Source: Treponema sp.
GTDB lineage: Bacteria > Spirochaetota > Spirochaetia > Treponematales > Treponemataceae
Direction: 5' to 3' (one strand)
Assembly: GCF_018384055.1 (NCBI RefSeq)
Contig: NZ_JAHAZL010000056.1
DNA: 64,000 nucleotides
How positions within the stretch are numbered: position 1 is the first letter of the stretch; each line of letters begins with the position of its first letter. Below the pieces are notes generated by a model. It was not told the origin of the DNA. It searched no databases and saw only the letters and a program-made list of their open reading frames with translations. Shown here piece by piece: positions 19,690 through 30,234 of the stretch. Both the position numbers and the translations under genes were made by a program.

Positions 19690-22428
19690 TTATTCTGCTG
19701 TTTCAGAAGTAGCACTGGATTTCTTTTCTGCCTCTTCCTTTTCTTCAGCAAGTGTCTTGCCAAGAGAACGCTTGACTTCAATGATCTCAAATGCTTCGAT
19801 CTGGTCGCCGACCTGAATGTCATGCCAGTTTTCAAGACCGATACCACATTCGAATCCATCCTTGACTTCCTTTGCATCATCCTTAAAGCGCTTGAGGGAA
19901 GAAATCTTTCCAGTAAAGATAACGACACCGTCGCGGATAAGGTTTACGCTGCAAGTCCTCTTGATGAAACCTTCTGTAACATAACAACCTGCAATAACGC
20001 CAACCTTTGGTACCTTGAAGGTATTTCGTACTTCTGCTGTACCTGTTGTTTCTTCCTTTGTATCCGGAGAAAGCATTCCTTCCATAGCCTGCTGAATTTC
20101 TTCAACACACTTGTAGATAATGTTGTACTTTCTGATTTCGACCTTTTCAAGGTCTGCAAGTTCCTTTGCCTTTGGTGTTGGACGAACATTGAAGGCAATG
20201 ATGATTGCATTCTGATCAGCAGCTGCAAGGGTAACATCACTTTCATTGATTGCACCGGCACTTGAATGGATAACGTTTACGCGGATTTCCCTTGTAGTAA
20301 GTTTTTCCAATGATGCCTTGAGAGCTTCAGCAGAACCCTGAAGGTCAGCCTTGATGATGACCTTAAGTTCCTTGACTTCACGGCTTTCAAGTTCACTGAA
20401 CATGTTGTCAACTGTTATTTTCTTAACTGCCTTTGCAGCTTCGAACCTCTTAAGCTCCTGTCTCTTTGCGGCAAATGCACGGGCATCCTTTTCGTTTTCA
20501 GTTACCTGAATTGGATCACCTGCATTAGGCATGCTTTCAAGACCAAGAACTTCAACTGGCATAGAAGGAGTTGCTTCCTTAACCTTCTGTCCACGGTCAT
20601 TAAAGAGGGCACGGACACGGCCTGAGTAAATACCAGCAACAAGAGGATCACCGATGCGGAGAGTACCGCGTTCAACGACAACGGATGCAACAACACCGCG
20701 TCCCTGGTCTGTGCGGGATTCAATAACCTTACCTTCAGCACGGCAGTCATACTGTGCCTTGAGTTCAAGCATTTCTGCCTGGATGAGGATGGCATCAAGA
20801 AGGTCATCGATACCCTGGCGTTTGAGGGCTGAAATGTTTACAAACTGAGTATCTCCACCCCAAGCTTCTGGAGTAAGACCAAGATTTGAAAGCTGTGTCA
20901 TTACATTTTCAGGATTTGCATCAGGCTTATCGCACTTGTTTACGGCAACAATAATTGGAACCTTTGCCTGCTTTGCATGGTCAATGGCTTCTTCTGTCTG
21001 AGGCATGACACCGTCGTCTGCTGCAACAACAAGAACAACGATATCAGTAATCTGTGCACCGCGGGCACGCATCATTGTAAATGCTTCGTGTCCTGGAGTA
21101 TCAAGGAATGTAATGTCCTGCCCGTCCTTAGTACGAACCTGGTAGGCACCGATTTTCTGTGTAATACCACCTGCTTCGCCTGCTGCAACATTTTCATCAC
21201 GGATAGCATCAAGAGTCTTTGTCTTACCGTGGTCAACGTGTCCCATGACTGTAACAACAGGAGGACGAGGTCTTTCACCATCAGCAGAACCTTCGTCACT
21301 TGCAATGACTGTTTCATCATAAAGGCTTACAAGGTGAACCTTACAGTTGTATTCGTCTGCAAGAAGAGTTGCTGTATCAGAGTCGATGGACTGGTTGATT
21401 GTTACCATCATTCCCATGCCGAAAAGCTTGCTGATGATTTCACTAGCTTTAAGGTTCATCTTCTTTGCAAGGTCAGAAACAGAAATTGTTTCCATAATAT
21501 CAATTGTTTCTGGTACTACGCTTGCAGGAGTAACATCATGCTTCTTGTTTCCGTAAAGTTCGTCTTCGTCAAAAAACTCTTCCTTATCCTTGCGGTTGTA
21601 TACCTGCTTCTTGCCTTTAAACTGCTTCTTTCCTGGTGTTCTTTCTGGAGCTGGAACTGCAGAAGGTGCTGCAAATCCGAAGCGACCACCTCCAAATCCT
21701 GGACCACGGTTGAATCCGCCCTGACCGTTTGGACCACGGTTGAATCCGCCCTGACCGTTTGAACCACGGTTGAATCCACCCTGACCGTTTGGACCACGGT
21801 TGAATCCACCCTGGCTGTTTGGACCACGGTTATATCCGCCCTGGCTGTTTGGACCACGGTTATATCCGCCCTGGCCGCCATTGTTATAGCCACCACGGTT
21901 GTTGTAGCCACCCTGACGTTCTCTGTTCTGATAGCCTTCGCGAGCCTGAGCACCTGTAAAGCCACCCTGACCGCCGTTATTGTTATTGTAGCCGCCGCGA
22001 TTATTGTAGCCGCGATTATTGTAACCGCCGCGATTACCACCGCTCAAGTTACCGGCCTTAACATTAGGTCTAGTATTTGGGAACTCAAGAGTCTGAGTCT
22101 GAGATCTTGGTGCAGATGAAGTAGCTGGAGCTGCTGCAGAAACTTCTGAAGCCTGCTGGGGAGCCGTTTTTTCTGCTTTTTTTTCTGTAGTAGAAGAAGC
22201 TACAGGTTTTGTTTCTTCATTCTTTGCAGGAGCCTCGTTGTGCTTTTTCTGAACGACAACGCGTTTCTTCTGCTCAGTTTTTCCAGAATCAGCAGAACCT
22301 GTAGCAGGTGTTGCCTTCCTTTTAATGACAATCTTCTTCTTTGTTGGTTCTGCTGCTGGCTGAGCATCGTTTGTTTTGGGATGCTTGATTAAAATAGCTT
22401 CCGGTTTTTTCTCTGATTCTTCTGCCAT
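19690..22428 (-). CDS. infB: Translation initiation factor IF-2
   Basis: [20 protein letters not shown]; low-complexity N-terminus. Confidence 0.98.
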   Translation of the reverse strand: MAEESEKKPEAILIKHPKTNDAQPAAEPTKKKIVIKRKATPATGSADSGKTEQKKRVVVQKKHNEAPAKNEETKPVASSTTEKKAEKTAPQQASEVSAAAPATSSAPRSQTQTLEFPNTRPNVKAGNLSGGNRGGYNNRGYNNRGGYNNNNGGQGGFTGAQAREGYQNRERQGGYNNRGGYNNGGQGGYNRGPNSQGGYNRGPNSQGGFNRGPNGQGGFNRGSNGQGGFNRGPNGQGGFNRGPGFGGGRFGFAAPSAVPAPERTPGKKQFKGKKQVYNRKDKEEFFDEDELYGNKKHDVTPASVVPETIDIMETISVSDLAKKMNLKASEIISKLFGMGMMVTINQSIDSDTATLLADEYNCKVHLVSLYDETVIASDEGSADGERPRPPVVTVMGHVDHGKTKTLDAIRDENVAAGEAGGITQKIGAYQVRTKDGQDITFLDTPGHEAFTMMRARGAQITDIVVLVVAADDGVMPQTEEAIDHAKQAKVPIIVAVNKCDKPDANPENVMTQLSNLGLTPEAWGGDTQFVNISALKRQGIDDLLDAILIQAEMLELKAQYDCRAEGKVIESRTDQGRGVVASVVVERGTLRIGDPLVAGIYSGRVRALFNDRGQKVKEATPSMPVEVLGLESMPNAGDPIQVTENEKDARAFAAKRQELKRFEAAKAVKKITVDNMFSELESREVKELKVIIKADLQGSAEALKASLEKLTTREIRVNVIHSSAGAINESDVTLAAADQNAIIIAFNVRPTPKAKELADLEKVEIRKYNIIYKCVEEIQQAMEGMLSPDTKEETTGTAEVRNTFKVPKVGVIAGCYVTEGFIKRTCSVNLIRDGVVIFTGKISSLKRFKDDAKEVKDGFECGIGLENWHDIQVGDQIEAFEIIEVKRSLGKTLAEEKEEAEKKSSATSETAE
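21700..21874 (-). repeat. 30-bp coding tandem repeat, about 6 copies, in infB (GG[YF]NRGPN[SG]Q)
   Basis: Units such as ggaccacggttgaatccgccctgaccgttt at a 30-bp period. Confidence 0.9.
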
Positions 22429-22456
22429 ACTTTCCTATTCCTACCTCTTCTCTACC

Positions 22457-23944
22457 TTACTCTTCTTCGAATGAGAATTCTGCACCACACTTAGGACACT
22501 TTGTCATGTCAAGAGTGATCTTCTCGCCACATTCAGGACAGAAGTATTCTTCTTCGGTTTCTTCTGCCGCATCCTGTTCTTCAACAGCTTCTTCTTCGAA
22601 CTCAACGTATTCACCGATGATAGAGTTGATGGAATCAAGCTGTTCCTTTGTTACACCTTCAATGTTTTCCAATGAACCATCGTCATAAGCAGTTATGAAG
22701 GCTTCAATATCATCATAACCGGCAGCCTTGATAAGTTCTGCTGCAGCCATATCAACACCAGGAAGCTGAAGGATTGAAGTGATTTCTTCCTCTTCTGCAG
22801 CTGGATTTTCTGAACCGGCAAAGAGCTTTTCTGCAGAAGCCTTTGCTGTATAGTTTTCTGTAAGATCAAGTTCTGCGGCCTGAGATTCTGTCTTAACATC
22901 AATAATCCAGTCACAGAGTCTGTTTGCCAAACGAACATTCTGTCCAAGCTTACCGATGGCGATGGAGAAGTTTTCATCTGAAACGATGACAAGAGCTTCC
23001 CTCTTTTCAGAATCCTTGATGATAACCTGAAGAACTTCTGCTGGTGAAAGTGCATTCTTGATGAATACATGTGGATCTTCGTCATAGCGGAGAACATCAA
23101 TTTTTTCACCTTCAAGTTCACGGATTACATTTGTGATGCGAACACCCTTGAGACCAACACATGCACCAACTGGATCAACATCCATCTTTGTAGAAGAAAC
23201 GGCAATCTTTGTGCGATAACCTGCTTCACGAGCAATGCTGTTGATTACAACAATGCCTTCCTGGATTTCCGTAACTTCGCTTTCAAGAATGTTGCGAACA
23301 AGATTTTCATCTGTACGGCTGAGGATAACCTGAACGCCGTTGTTTGTCTTCTTTACATCCTTGATGAGAGCCTTGATTCTGTCTGTCTTGTTTTCATATA
23401 CTTCCCTTGGGCTCTGATACTTCTTTGGAAGAACACCTTCAACCCTTCCGCCGATATCAACAAAAATATTGTCCTTGTATGAGCGCTGGAAGTAACCGAT
23501 GATTGTTTCACCGATCTTTTCCTTGTATTCATCAATAAGCTTCTTGCTTGAATTTTCATTAAGGTCCTTATGCCCTTCCTGCTTTCCAACAGAAACGGCA
23601 CCTCGCTGGAAATCTGTCTTTGGATCAAGAACGATGCGGAGGATATCACCAACTTCAGCACTTTCAGTAAGCTCCTTTGCTTCATCAAGTTCAATTTCGA
23701 TTACAGGATCGTATACACCGTCAACAACTTCCTTTTCTGCATAAACATGATAAGCCGAAAGGTCATCTTCAAATTCAACGATACAGTTTTCATACTGCTT
23801 TCCAAAACTCTTCTGGTAAGCAGCAATAATCATCTTTGAGATTGTTGTCTTTACTTCCGATTCACTGATTCCCTTTTCTGCAGCAAGCTGACGAATAATG
23901 TCAGCGATTGGTTCTGATGCATCTTTCTTTGATTTTTTTGCCAT
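22457..23944 (-). CDS. nusA: Transcription factor NusA with C-terminal zinc ribbon
   Basis: AREAGYRTKIAV, DPVGACVG, AIGKLGQNVRLA; C-terminal CPECG...CPKCG. Confidence 0.96.
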   Translation of the reverse strand: MAKKSKKDASEPIADIIRQLAAEKGISESEVKTTISKMIIAAYQKSFGKQYENCIVEFEDDLSAYHVYAEKEVVDGVYDPVIEIELDEAKELTESAEVGDILRIVLDPKTDFQRGAVSVGKQEGHKDLNENSSKKLIDEYKEKIGETIIGYFQRSYKDNIFVDIGGRVEGVLPKKYQSPREVYENKTDRIKALIKDVKKTNNGVQVILSRTDENLVRNILESEVTEIQEGIVVINSIAREAGYRTKIAVSSTKMDVDPVGACVGLKGVRITNVIRELEGEKIDVLRYDEDPHVFIKNALSPAEVLQVIIKDSEKREALVIVSDENFSIAIGKLGQNVRLANRLCDWIIDVKTESQAAELDLTENYTAKASAEKLFAGSENPAAEEEEITSILQLPGVDMAAAELIKAAGYDDIEAFITAYDDGSLENIEGVTKEQLDSINSIIGEYVEFEEEAVEEQDAAEETEEEYFCPECGEKITLDMTKCPKCGAEFSFEEE

Positions 23945-23975
23945 TTTATTACTCCTGTCTCTAACTACCGATTAA

Positions 23976-24455
23976 TTATATATGGATGAATTTTGCTTTT
24001 GCCAAATCTGAATACTGGAAAGTTTTTTCAGTTTTATTTCCAGTTTCGTCAGTTTCAACGAGGGTAACGGATTTTTCATCTGAAGACTTGATTACTCCTG
24101 ACGACCACTCGCTGATGTTTTTGTCCCATACGCGAACTTCCCTTCCCTGGAAAATTTCGAATTCAGCAGCATTCTTGATGTTGCGTTCGATTCCCGGGGA
24201 ACAAACTTCCATGGCAATGTCATCTTCTGTTTTGTTGAGGAGAGCCATGATTTTTGGAGCGAGGGCACGGTGGGCTTTGGAACAGTCAGAAACTCCAACA
24301 TCCTTTGAAGGATCACCTGAAGCAATGACTGCTGAAATTTTTGTAAGCGTTTTCTGCGGAACAACCTGAAGTTCCACAAGCTTAAGACCTTCTGCCGCTA
24401 CAACAGCAGAACATTCTTTGAAATGGGGAATACTATTCAATGAAGTATATTCCAA
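23976..24455 (-). CDS. rimP: Ribosome maturation factor RimP
   Basis: VSDCSK, EVCSPGIER motif; first gene before nusA; TTG start with AGAGG RBS. Confidence 0.9.
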   Translation of the reverse strand: MEYTSLNSIPHFKECSAVVAAEGLKLVELQVVPQKTLTKISAVIASGDPSKDVGVSDCSKAHRALAPKIMALLNKTEDDIAMEVCSPGIERNIKNAAEFEIFQGREVRVWDKNISEWSSGVIKSSDEKSVTLVETDETGNKTEKTFQYSDLAKAKFIHI

Positions 24456-24499
24456 TTGATGCCTCTAAATAAAATATAGATTACAAATAACGAAACACC

Positions 24500-24527
24500 A
24501 AAAAAAAAGAGCCTTTTTTGAGGGCTC
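24500..24527 (-). terminator. Terminator-like hairpin in the rimP leader
   Basis: GAGCCCT-CAAAA-AAGGCTC then T9, between the promoter and rimP. Confidence 0.6.
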
Positions 24528-24556
24528 ATTCTTAAGGTTAATCACAATGTAATGCA

Positions 24557-24586
24557 AATATAACATTCTTACAGTAAGAATGTCAA
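24557..24586 (-). promoter_or_regulatory. rimP operon promoter overlapped by a perfect 10-1-10 palindrome
   Basis: TTGACA-18bp-TATATT; ACATTCTTAC-A-GTAAGAATGT at 24563-24583. Confidence 0.6.
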
Positions 24587-24611
24587 TAGGATGGGATAGA
24601 TTCCCATCCTA
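24587..24611 (-). terminator. Hairpin after the clpC stop
   Basis: TAGGATGGGA-5nt-TCCCATCCTA perfect stem; weak U-tract. Confidence 0.5.
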
Positions 24612-24620
24612 CCAGTTTAC

Positions 24621-27176
24621 CTAAACCGAAAGGAATTCCTTTTCCTTTACAGGTTTTGACCTTGACTTCTTAAGCTTAAGGCTAAGTTTTTCCCCATCAA
24701 AATCAAGAACCACAGTCTTTGCATTTTCCGCATCTAAAACTTCTGGATTTTCAAGTAAAAGAACAGAAAGAGGATCTTCCACCTGCCGCTGAAGGAGACG
24801 ACGCATCGGACGAGCTCCCATTGAAGGCTCATAACCGTTGTCAACAAGAAAATCCCTGGCCTTTGCCTTCATGTCAAGGACAATATTTTTTTCGGAAAGT
24901 CGTCCCTGGAGCTCAGCAAGCTGGATGTCCAGGATATTGCTTACCTCCTCGCGTGAAAGTGCATTGAACACGACAACATCATCCACACGATTAAGGAGTT
25001 CAGGAGACATGATGCGCTTGAGTTCTTCCATGGCACTTGCCTTAATGTCTTCATAAGGAAGAAGACCTTCCTTGACTGTAGAAAATCCCATGCGGCTGTC
25101 CGCTGTGATTTCCCTGGCACCTGCATTGCTTGTCATGATCACAAGACAATTGCGGAAAGACACTGTATGTCCGAGGTTATCCTTAAGTTCGCCTTCTTCA
25201 AGCATCTGAAGAAGAAGATTGTAAATGTCATGATGAGCCTTCTCGATTTCATCAAGAAGAACAACTGAATACGGATGCTGCCTAACCTGCTCTGTAAGGG
25301 CACCTCCTTCTTCGTAGCCCACATATCCTGGAGGCGCTCCAACAAGGCGGGCTGCATTGTGCTTTTCCATATAGTCGCTCATATCCACGCGGATAAGGGC
25401 ATCTTCAGTTCCAAAAAGGAATTTCGCAAGGGTCTTTGCAAGCTGTGTTTTTCCAACACCTGTAGGTCCAAGGAAAATGAAGGATCCCATAGGCCTGCGT
25501 CCGGAAGAAACTCCCGCACGATTTCTGCGCACGGCGCTGCTTATGAGGTTTACGGCTTCATCCTGCCCGATAACTTCCTTATGGATTTCTTTTTCCATAC
25601 TGAGAAGCCTTGCAGATTTTCCGTCGTCAAGTTTGGAAACATCAATTCCAGTCATGGACGAAATGATCTTGCATACATCATTTACAGTTACAATGCGGTT
25701 CTTGTTTCCGTCAGCAGACTTCCACTTTCTGTTGAGTTCATCAATTTCAGAACGGAGGCCGTTTACCTTGTCGCGGATCCAGGCAGCCTTTTCGTATTCC
25801 TGATTTGCAACAAGATCCCTTTTCTGTTCATTGAGTTTAGCATATTCCGCTTCAAGGCGTTCAAGATCTTCTGGACGAGTATCTTCAAGGATTTTCTTTG
25901 CAGCACCTGCTTCATCAAGAATATCTATGGCCTTATCAGGAAGGAATCTTTCGTTAATGTACCTCTTGGAATACTTTACGATGAGTGGAATAACCCCGTC
26001 ATCATATTTTACATGGTGATAATCTTCATAATTTGACTTGAGTCCAAGAAGGATTTCTTCAGTCTCGTTTTCAGAAGGCTCTTCCACTCGAATCATCTGG
26101 AAACGGCGCACGAGGGCACTGTCCTTTTCAAAATATTTTCTATATTCCTTTGTAGTAGTTGCACCGATTATCTGGAGTTCTGCACGGCTCAAGGCAGGCT
26201 TAATCATATTTCCTGCATCAAGGCCCCCTTCAGGACCACCGGCACCAATGATAGTATGAAGCTCATCAATGAAAAGAATGATGTTCTTTGCTTCCTTTAT
26301 CTCCTTCATTACCCTCTTGAGTCTTTCTTCAAATTCACCGCGGTATTTTGTACCTGCAACCATAGCCGCAAGATCCAGCTGAAGAACGCGCTTTGAAAGC
26401 AAGTCTACAGGAACAACACCTTTTTCAATTCTCTGAGCAAGACCTTCAACAATGGCTGTCTTTCCGACTCCAGGTTCACCAAGAAGGAGAGGATTGTTTT
26501 TTGTACGGCGGCTCAAAATCTGAACGGCGCGCTGAACTTCCTTGTCACGACCAACTACAGGATCAAGTTTTCCTTCCCTTGCCGCTTCCGTAAGGTCACG
26601 GGAAAACTGTTCAAGAAGACTTTCGGTCTTTTTCTTTTTCTGCTGGGTGCTTCCGTCCGCCATGAAAGGAACAGCCTTTTCGTTTATGAAATTGCTGCCT
26701 TCGTCATCACTGTTTTCATTCATTGCAGAAGAAGGAATCTTTCTCTGTATGTCAGAAATTGACTTTTTAATCTGGTCAATGGAAATTCCTGCCTTCTTGA
26801 AATATGCCCACAAAAGGGAATGTTCTTCCGTAACTGCCGCAAGCACCATGTGTTCCGTACCGATGTAGTCATTTCCCATGGCCTTTGCAATGAAGGCACA
26901 CTGCTTGAGGAATTTTGAAGTTCTGTCAGAATCCGGAATTGTCTTTAATTCCTGATCTGGATACCTGCTATTGAAATTCTGCTCGATGGCAAGCTGCATG
27001 GTAAGGACATTGATGCGAAGGTTCTGAAGAACAATGTAACCGAGACCATCTGCCGATTTCAAAAGGGCAAGGATAATGTGCTCAGGTTCTACTTCCTTAC
27101 AGCCAGAGTTATAGGCTTCATCCTGTGCAAGTGCAACTAAAAGTCTGCGAGCTCTTGGTGAAAAATTTTCGTACAT
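24621..27176 (-). CDS. clpC: ATP-dependent Clp protease ATP-binding subunit ClpC
   Basis: Clp N repeats, two AAA+ modules (GEPGVGKT, GPTGVGKT), UVR middle domain, MGF ClpP-docking loop. Confidence 0.95.
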   Translation of the reverse strand: MYENFSPRARRLLVALAQDEAYNSGCKEVEPEHIILALLKSADGLGYIVLQNLRINVLTMQLAIEQNFNSRYPDQELKTIPDSDRTSKFLKQCAFIAKAMGNDYIGTEHMVLAAVTEEHSLLWAYFKKAGISIDQIKKSISDIQRKIPSSAMNENSDDEGSNFINEKAVPFMADGSTQQKKKKTESLLEQFSRDLTEAAREGKLDPVVGRDKEVQRAVQILSRRTKNNPLLLGEPGVGKTAIVEGLAQRIEKGVVPVDLLSKRVLQLDLAAMVAGTKYRGEFEERLKRVMKEIKEAKNIILFIDELHTIIGAGGPEGGLDAGNMIKPALSRAELQIIGATTTKEYRKYFEKDSALVRRFQMIRVEEPSENETEEILLGLKSNYEDYHHVKYDDGVIPLIVKYSKRYINERFLPDKAIDILDEAGAAKKILEDTRPEDLERLEAEYAKLNEQKRDLVANQEYEKAAWIRDKVNGLRSEIDELNRKWKSADGNKNRIVTVNDVCKIISSMTGIDVSKLDDGKSARLLSMEKEIHKEVIGQDEAVNLISSAVRRNRAGVSSGRRPMGSFIFLGPTGVGKTQLAKTLAKFLFGTEDALIRVDMSDYMEKHNAARLVGAPPGYVGYEEGGALTEQVRQHPYSVVLLDEIEKAHHDIYNLLLQMLEEGELKDNLGHTVSFRNCLVIMTSNAGAREITADSRMGFSTVKEGLLPYEDIKASAMEELKRIMSPELLNRVDDVVVFNALSREEVSNILDIQLAELQGRLSEKNIVLDMKAKARDFLVDNGYEPSMGARPMRRLLQRQVEDPLSVLLLENPEVLDAENAKTVVLDFDGEKLSLKLKKSRSKPVKEKEFLSV

Positions 27177-27190
27177 AACTAATCCGTCCC

Positions 27191-28306
27191 CTAAGGCTTT
27201 TCAATTCCTTCAAAAGATTCCTGGAGAATAAGTGCCCTCAAGCGTTCAATCTGTTTTGCCTTGTTGTCCTGAATGTCCTTCTCAAATTTGAACTTGCCTG
27301 TATTGAGGACATACTCAAGGTGACCATCCTGAACCCTGTAAAGCAGGGCATGCAATTCGGAACTTTCAATCCCGTTGAGGATTCCAATATCAGCACCGAA
27401 CTTTACTCCACTTATAATATCGACAGATTCCTTAAGGTTTATAAAGAAACTCGACTTCGCAAGGGCAAGGGATCTGTAAGTATAGTTTGCAATTTCAGTA
27501 ACACGGGCAGAGCGACATTTTTTTCTTGCACTGAGTTCTGCCTTTATTACTTCCTGAATGGCAGCATTCATGGAAGCAAGCTGCTCTACTTCAGTTCCCC
27601 CTGCACTGCTTTTTGTTGTAACTCTGTAGTAGGCACCAAGGGCTGAACCACGGCTACCGTAACCGCTCACATTATCAAAGCCACCTGAACCATAACGGGC
27701 CCTAAGGTCAAAACCTTCCTCTGAGAGTTTCTGTGCAAGATTCCCAACTTCCTGAAGAAGAGAACAGGCAGGAAGATGAATTACTGAATAAAGAGAAAGT
27801 CCACTACCTGAGTTCAAGACAAAATTGGTAAGGTATCCGAAGTCATAGCTTGCCGCATACTGAACATGTTTCTGAAGCTCACAATCTATGTCGTAAATGC
27901 TTCTTGTAGTTTCATCTAGACCAAGTCCCGATTTATAGGAAGACATGACTACATGATCGTCTGTGTTTATGGTACAGGCAATCCTTCCGTCGTTTCGCAT
28001 GATGATTCCGCCCTTTGTAGCCTGAGTACTATCAAGAATGGAACGCTCATGCATGATCTTTCTTCCCACATCATCCAGCCTTTCAAGGGAAACTGCCTGA
28101 TATTCTGCAGCGTCAGGAAGAAAATTAAAGGCATCGAACATGATGGATTGAATTCTATCGGTCTCAGATTCATGGAGCTTAGCAGGAAATGGAAAATTTG
28201 CAAGATTTCTTCTTAATGTTGAACAGGAAGAAACAACAACATCCTGACTGGCACCTGGAGAAGTATACCAGGCATCCGAAACAGCTGAATTATTTTTTTT
28301 TGCCAT
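27191..28306 (-). CDS. mcsB: McsB-like ATP:guanido phosphotransferase family protein (degenerate active site)
   Basis: RRNLANFPFP, FGYLT, HLPA; located between mcsA and clpC. Confidence 0.8.
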   Translation of the reverse strand: MAKKNNSAVSDAWYTSPGASQDVVVSSCSTLRRNLANFPFPAKLHESETDRIQSIMFDAFNFLPDAAEYQAVSLERLDDVGRKIMHERSILDSTQATKGGIIMRNDGRIACTINTDDHVVMSSYKSGLGLDETTRSIYDIDCELQKHVQYAASYDFGYLTNFVLNSGSGLSLYSVIHLPACSLLQEVGNLAQKLSEEGFDLRARYGSGGFDNVSGYGSRGSALGAYYRVTTKSSAGGTEVEQLASMNAAIQEVIKAELSARKKCRSARVTEIANYTYRSLALAKSSFFINLKESVDIISGVKFGADIGILNGIESSELHALLYRVQDGHLEYVLNTGKFKFEKDIQDNKAKQIERLRALILQESFEGIEKP

Positions 28307-28309
28307 TGC

Positions 28310-28843
28310 CTAATCCTCTTCCTTACCGCAGTCCGAACCATCGGAAACAGCATGATTTTCCAAAGCTTTAAGGTAATCCCTGTACATGGCAGCCTTTTCG
28401 TAGTCTTCCCTTTCAATGGCATCATTCAATTTGTTCTGAAGAATAACCCTATCGTTCAAAACCGAATGGACGGTTGAAAGTCTGGCAGGCATTGTACCTT
28501 TGAAAACACCCTTAACACCGTTATTTTCAAGGGACTTGCGAATTTCGTTTTTAAAGATCGCATAGCATTCAGGACATCCAGTTTTACCGGTTTTCCTGAT
28601 GTCACCCAGTTTTGTTCCGCACACAGGACAGATTCTGTTTTCTTTTTCAGTGATTTTTTTTGAAACTTCTGAAAGTTCCTTAAACAGATTTCCAATGGAT
28701 GATTCAATGCTCTTTGGATCAGGAGAAATTCCCCTGTCGATGGCACATTCAAGACATATATTGATTTTGCGGCGCTGACCTATTCCAGTCATCTGCTCCA
28801 TGAAAATTACAGCTTCTCTTTCGTGGCAAAAGTCACAGATCAT
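28310..28843 (-). CDS. mcsA: McsA-like protein (CxxC motifs plus UVR domain)
   Basis: CDFC, CLEC, CPVC, CPEC; EDYEKAAMYRD. Confidence 0.88.
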   Translation of the reverse strand: MICDFCHEREAVIFMEQMTGIGQRRKINICLECAIDRGISPDPKSIESSIGNLFKELSEVSKKITEKENRICPVCGTKLGDIRKTGKTGCPECYAIFKNEIRKSLENNGVKGVFKGTMPARLSTVHSVLNDRVILQNKLNDAIEREDYEKAAMYRDYLKALENHAVSDGSDCGKEED

Positions 28844-28914
28844 TTATTTCCTCTCATTGTACAGCATAAAATATACTACAAATCGGGGAAAATTTCAAAA
28901 AGGAGCAGAAAGGT

Positions 28915-30234
28915 CTAATTCTTGCTTAAAACTTCAGTAATGCTTGACTTTCCGGCTTTTATGGACGGAAGGATAGACATTACTATTGAAAGAATCACGG
29001 TACACCCTACTATAAGGAGTAGTTCTGACCACGGAATCACAACAGGGATTTCCTGAAGGTAAAAAGCAGGGTCCAGAAATTTAACGTGTCCTGCATGGAA
29101 AAGATTAAGCCCAAAATTAACAATATTTTCCATTCCATTTATAATGGGATTTATGTTAATGGAAATCAAAAGTCCGACTGGAATGCCAATAGCAATGCCG
29201 CATAATCCGGTAAAAAGGCCTGTAATGACAAAAGCCAAGGCAAGTCCAGATGAAGAAGCGCCCGTGCTCTTCAAGATTGCGATTTCCTTTTTTCTGTCCA
29301 TTACCACCATTACAATGGCAGAACTAATGTTGATGCTGGCTGCAAGAATTATTGCAAGCATAATTACGATAAGAAGAGCTCTTGTAGAGGCAAAATTTTC
29401 AAACTGAGCCGCATTTACGGTCTTCCAGTCATCAACATCTGAATCCATGCTTTCCATGTCAGAAAGAACTGCAATCCTTGAATCTACAAGTATTTTATCA
29501 AGCCGAGACGTAAAGGTACTGTCAGTCTCAAGACCAATATGGAAATCAAGGGTACATCCCTTCAATGTTGTAAAGGCATTTTCAAGGGGAATGAAAACCC
29601 AAAGGGCATCAAGTTCTTCATAACCGCAGGAAACAATTCCGCTGACTGTAAAGACTGTAACCCTAGGCTTGATTTTTCCATCGCCGCTTTTGATTGTAAT
29701 TATCTTAATGCTGTCTCCGGCATGAACTTTTAGAAGTCCTGCAAGTTTTTTTCCTATGACGGCATTTCTGTTGCCGGATAAATCAGCCTTTCCTTCAACA
29801 ACTTCAAAGAAAGAAGAAAAATACGGATTGTCGGAAAAAATGTTTTTTTCCACTGCCCTAAGGCTAGCACCACTACGATAGGTATTCCCTGCAGCAAGTG
29901 CCATTCCCTGAACTTCAGGATAGATTTTAAGAACTCCGTCTATGCCGGAAAACATTTTTTCAAGGCTCAGAAATTTTTCCTGCGACATAGTGTACTCAGA
30001 ATCAGCCGGAACAGTAACGCGAATATCCTGGGAAGAAAGGTGAATCATTCTTCCTGTAATTCCTGAAATCATGCCGCTGCTTACTGAAAGAACCGCAACA
30101 AGAGGAATGAGGCTTACGGCAATGCAGACAACAGCACCCATAAGGGACCGCTGTCCTGAACTTCTTTCAGAACCTCGATTAGTCTTTGAGAAAAATATTT
30201 TTCTCGCATAGAGCAATGAAGAAGCAAACGTCAT
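28915..30234 (-). CDS. LolC/E (MacB-FtsX)-type ABC permease
   Basis: SVSSGM N-terminal TM, periplasmic domain, KKEIAILKSTGAS. Confidence 0.8.
   Translation of the reverse strand: MTFASSLLYARKIFFSKTNRGSERSSGQRSLMGAVVCIAVSLIPLVAVLSVSSGMISGITGRMIHLSSQDIRVTVPADSEYTMSQEKFLSLEKMFSGIDGVLKIYPEVQGMALAAGNTYRSGASLRAVEKNIFSDNPYFSSFFEVVEGKADLSGNRNAVIGKKLAGLLKVHAGDSIKIITIKSGDGKIKPRVTVFTVSGIVSCGYEELDALWVFIPLENAFTTLKGCTLDFHIGLETDSTFTSRLDKILVDSRIAVLSDMESMDSDVDDWKTVNAAQFENFASTRALLIVIMLAIILAASINISSAIVMVVMDRKKEIAILKSTGASSSGLALAFVITGLFTGLCGIAIGIPVGLLISININPIINGMENIVNFGLNLFHAGHVKFLDPAFYLQEIPVVIPWSELLLIVGCTVILSIVMSILPSIKAGKSSITEVLSKN

Noticed and set aside
21700..21874. 30-bp repeats as a CRISPR array
   Set aside because: No spacers; in-frame coding repeat inside infB
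21516..22040. 174-aa alternative-frame ORF with [10 protein letters not shown] repeats
   Set aside because: Frame-shifted reading of the infB 30-bp repeat
28844..28914. CtsR or CIRCE operator upstream of mcsA
   Set aside because: No matching direct heptad repeat or CIRCE inverted repeat visible
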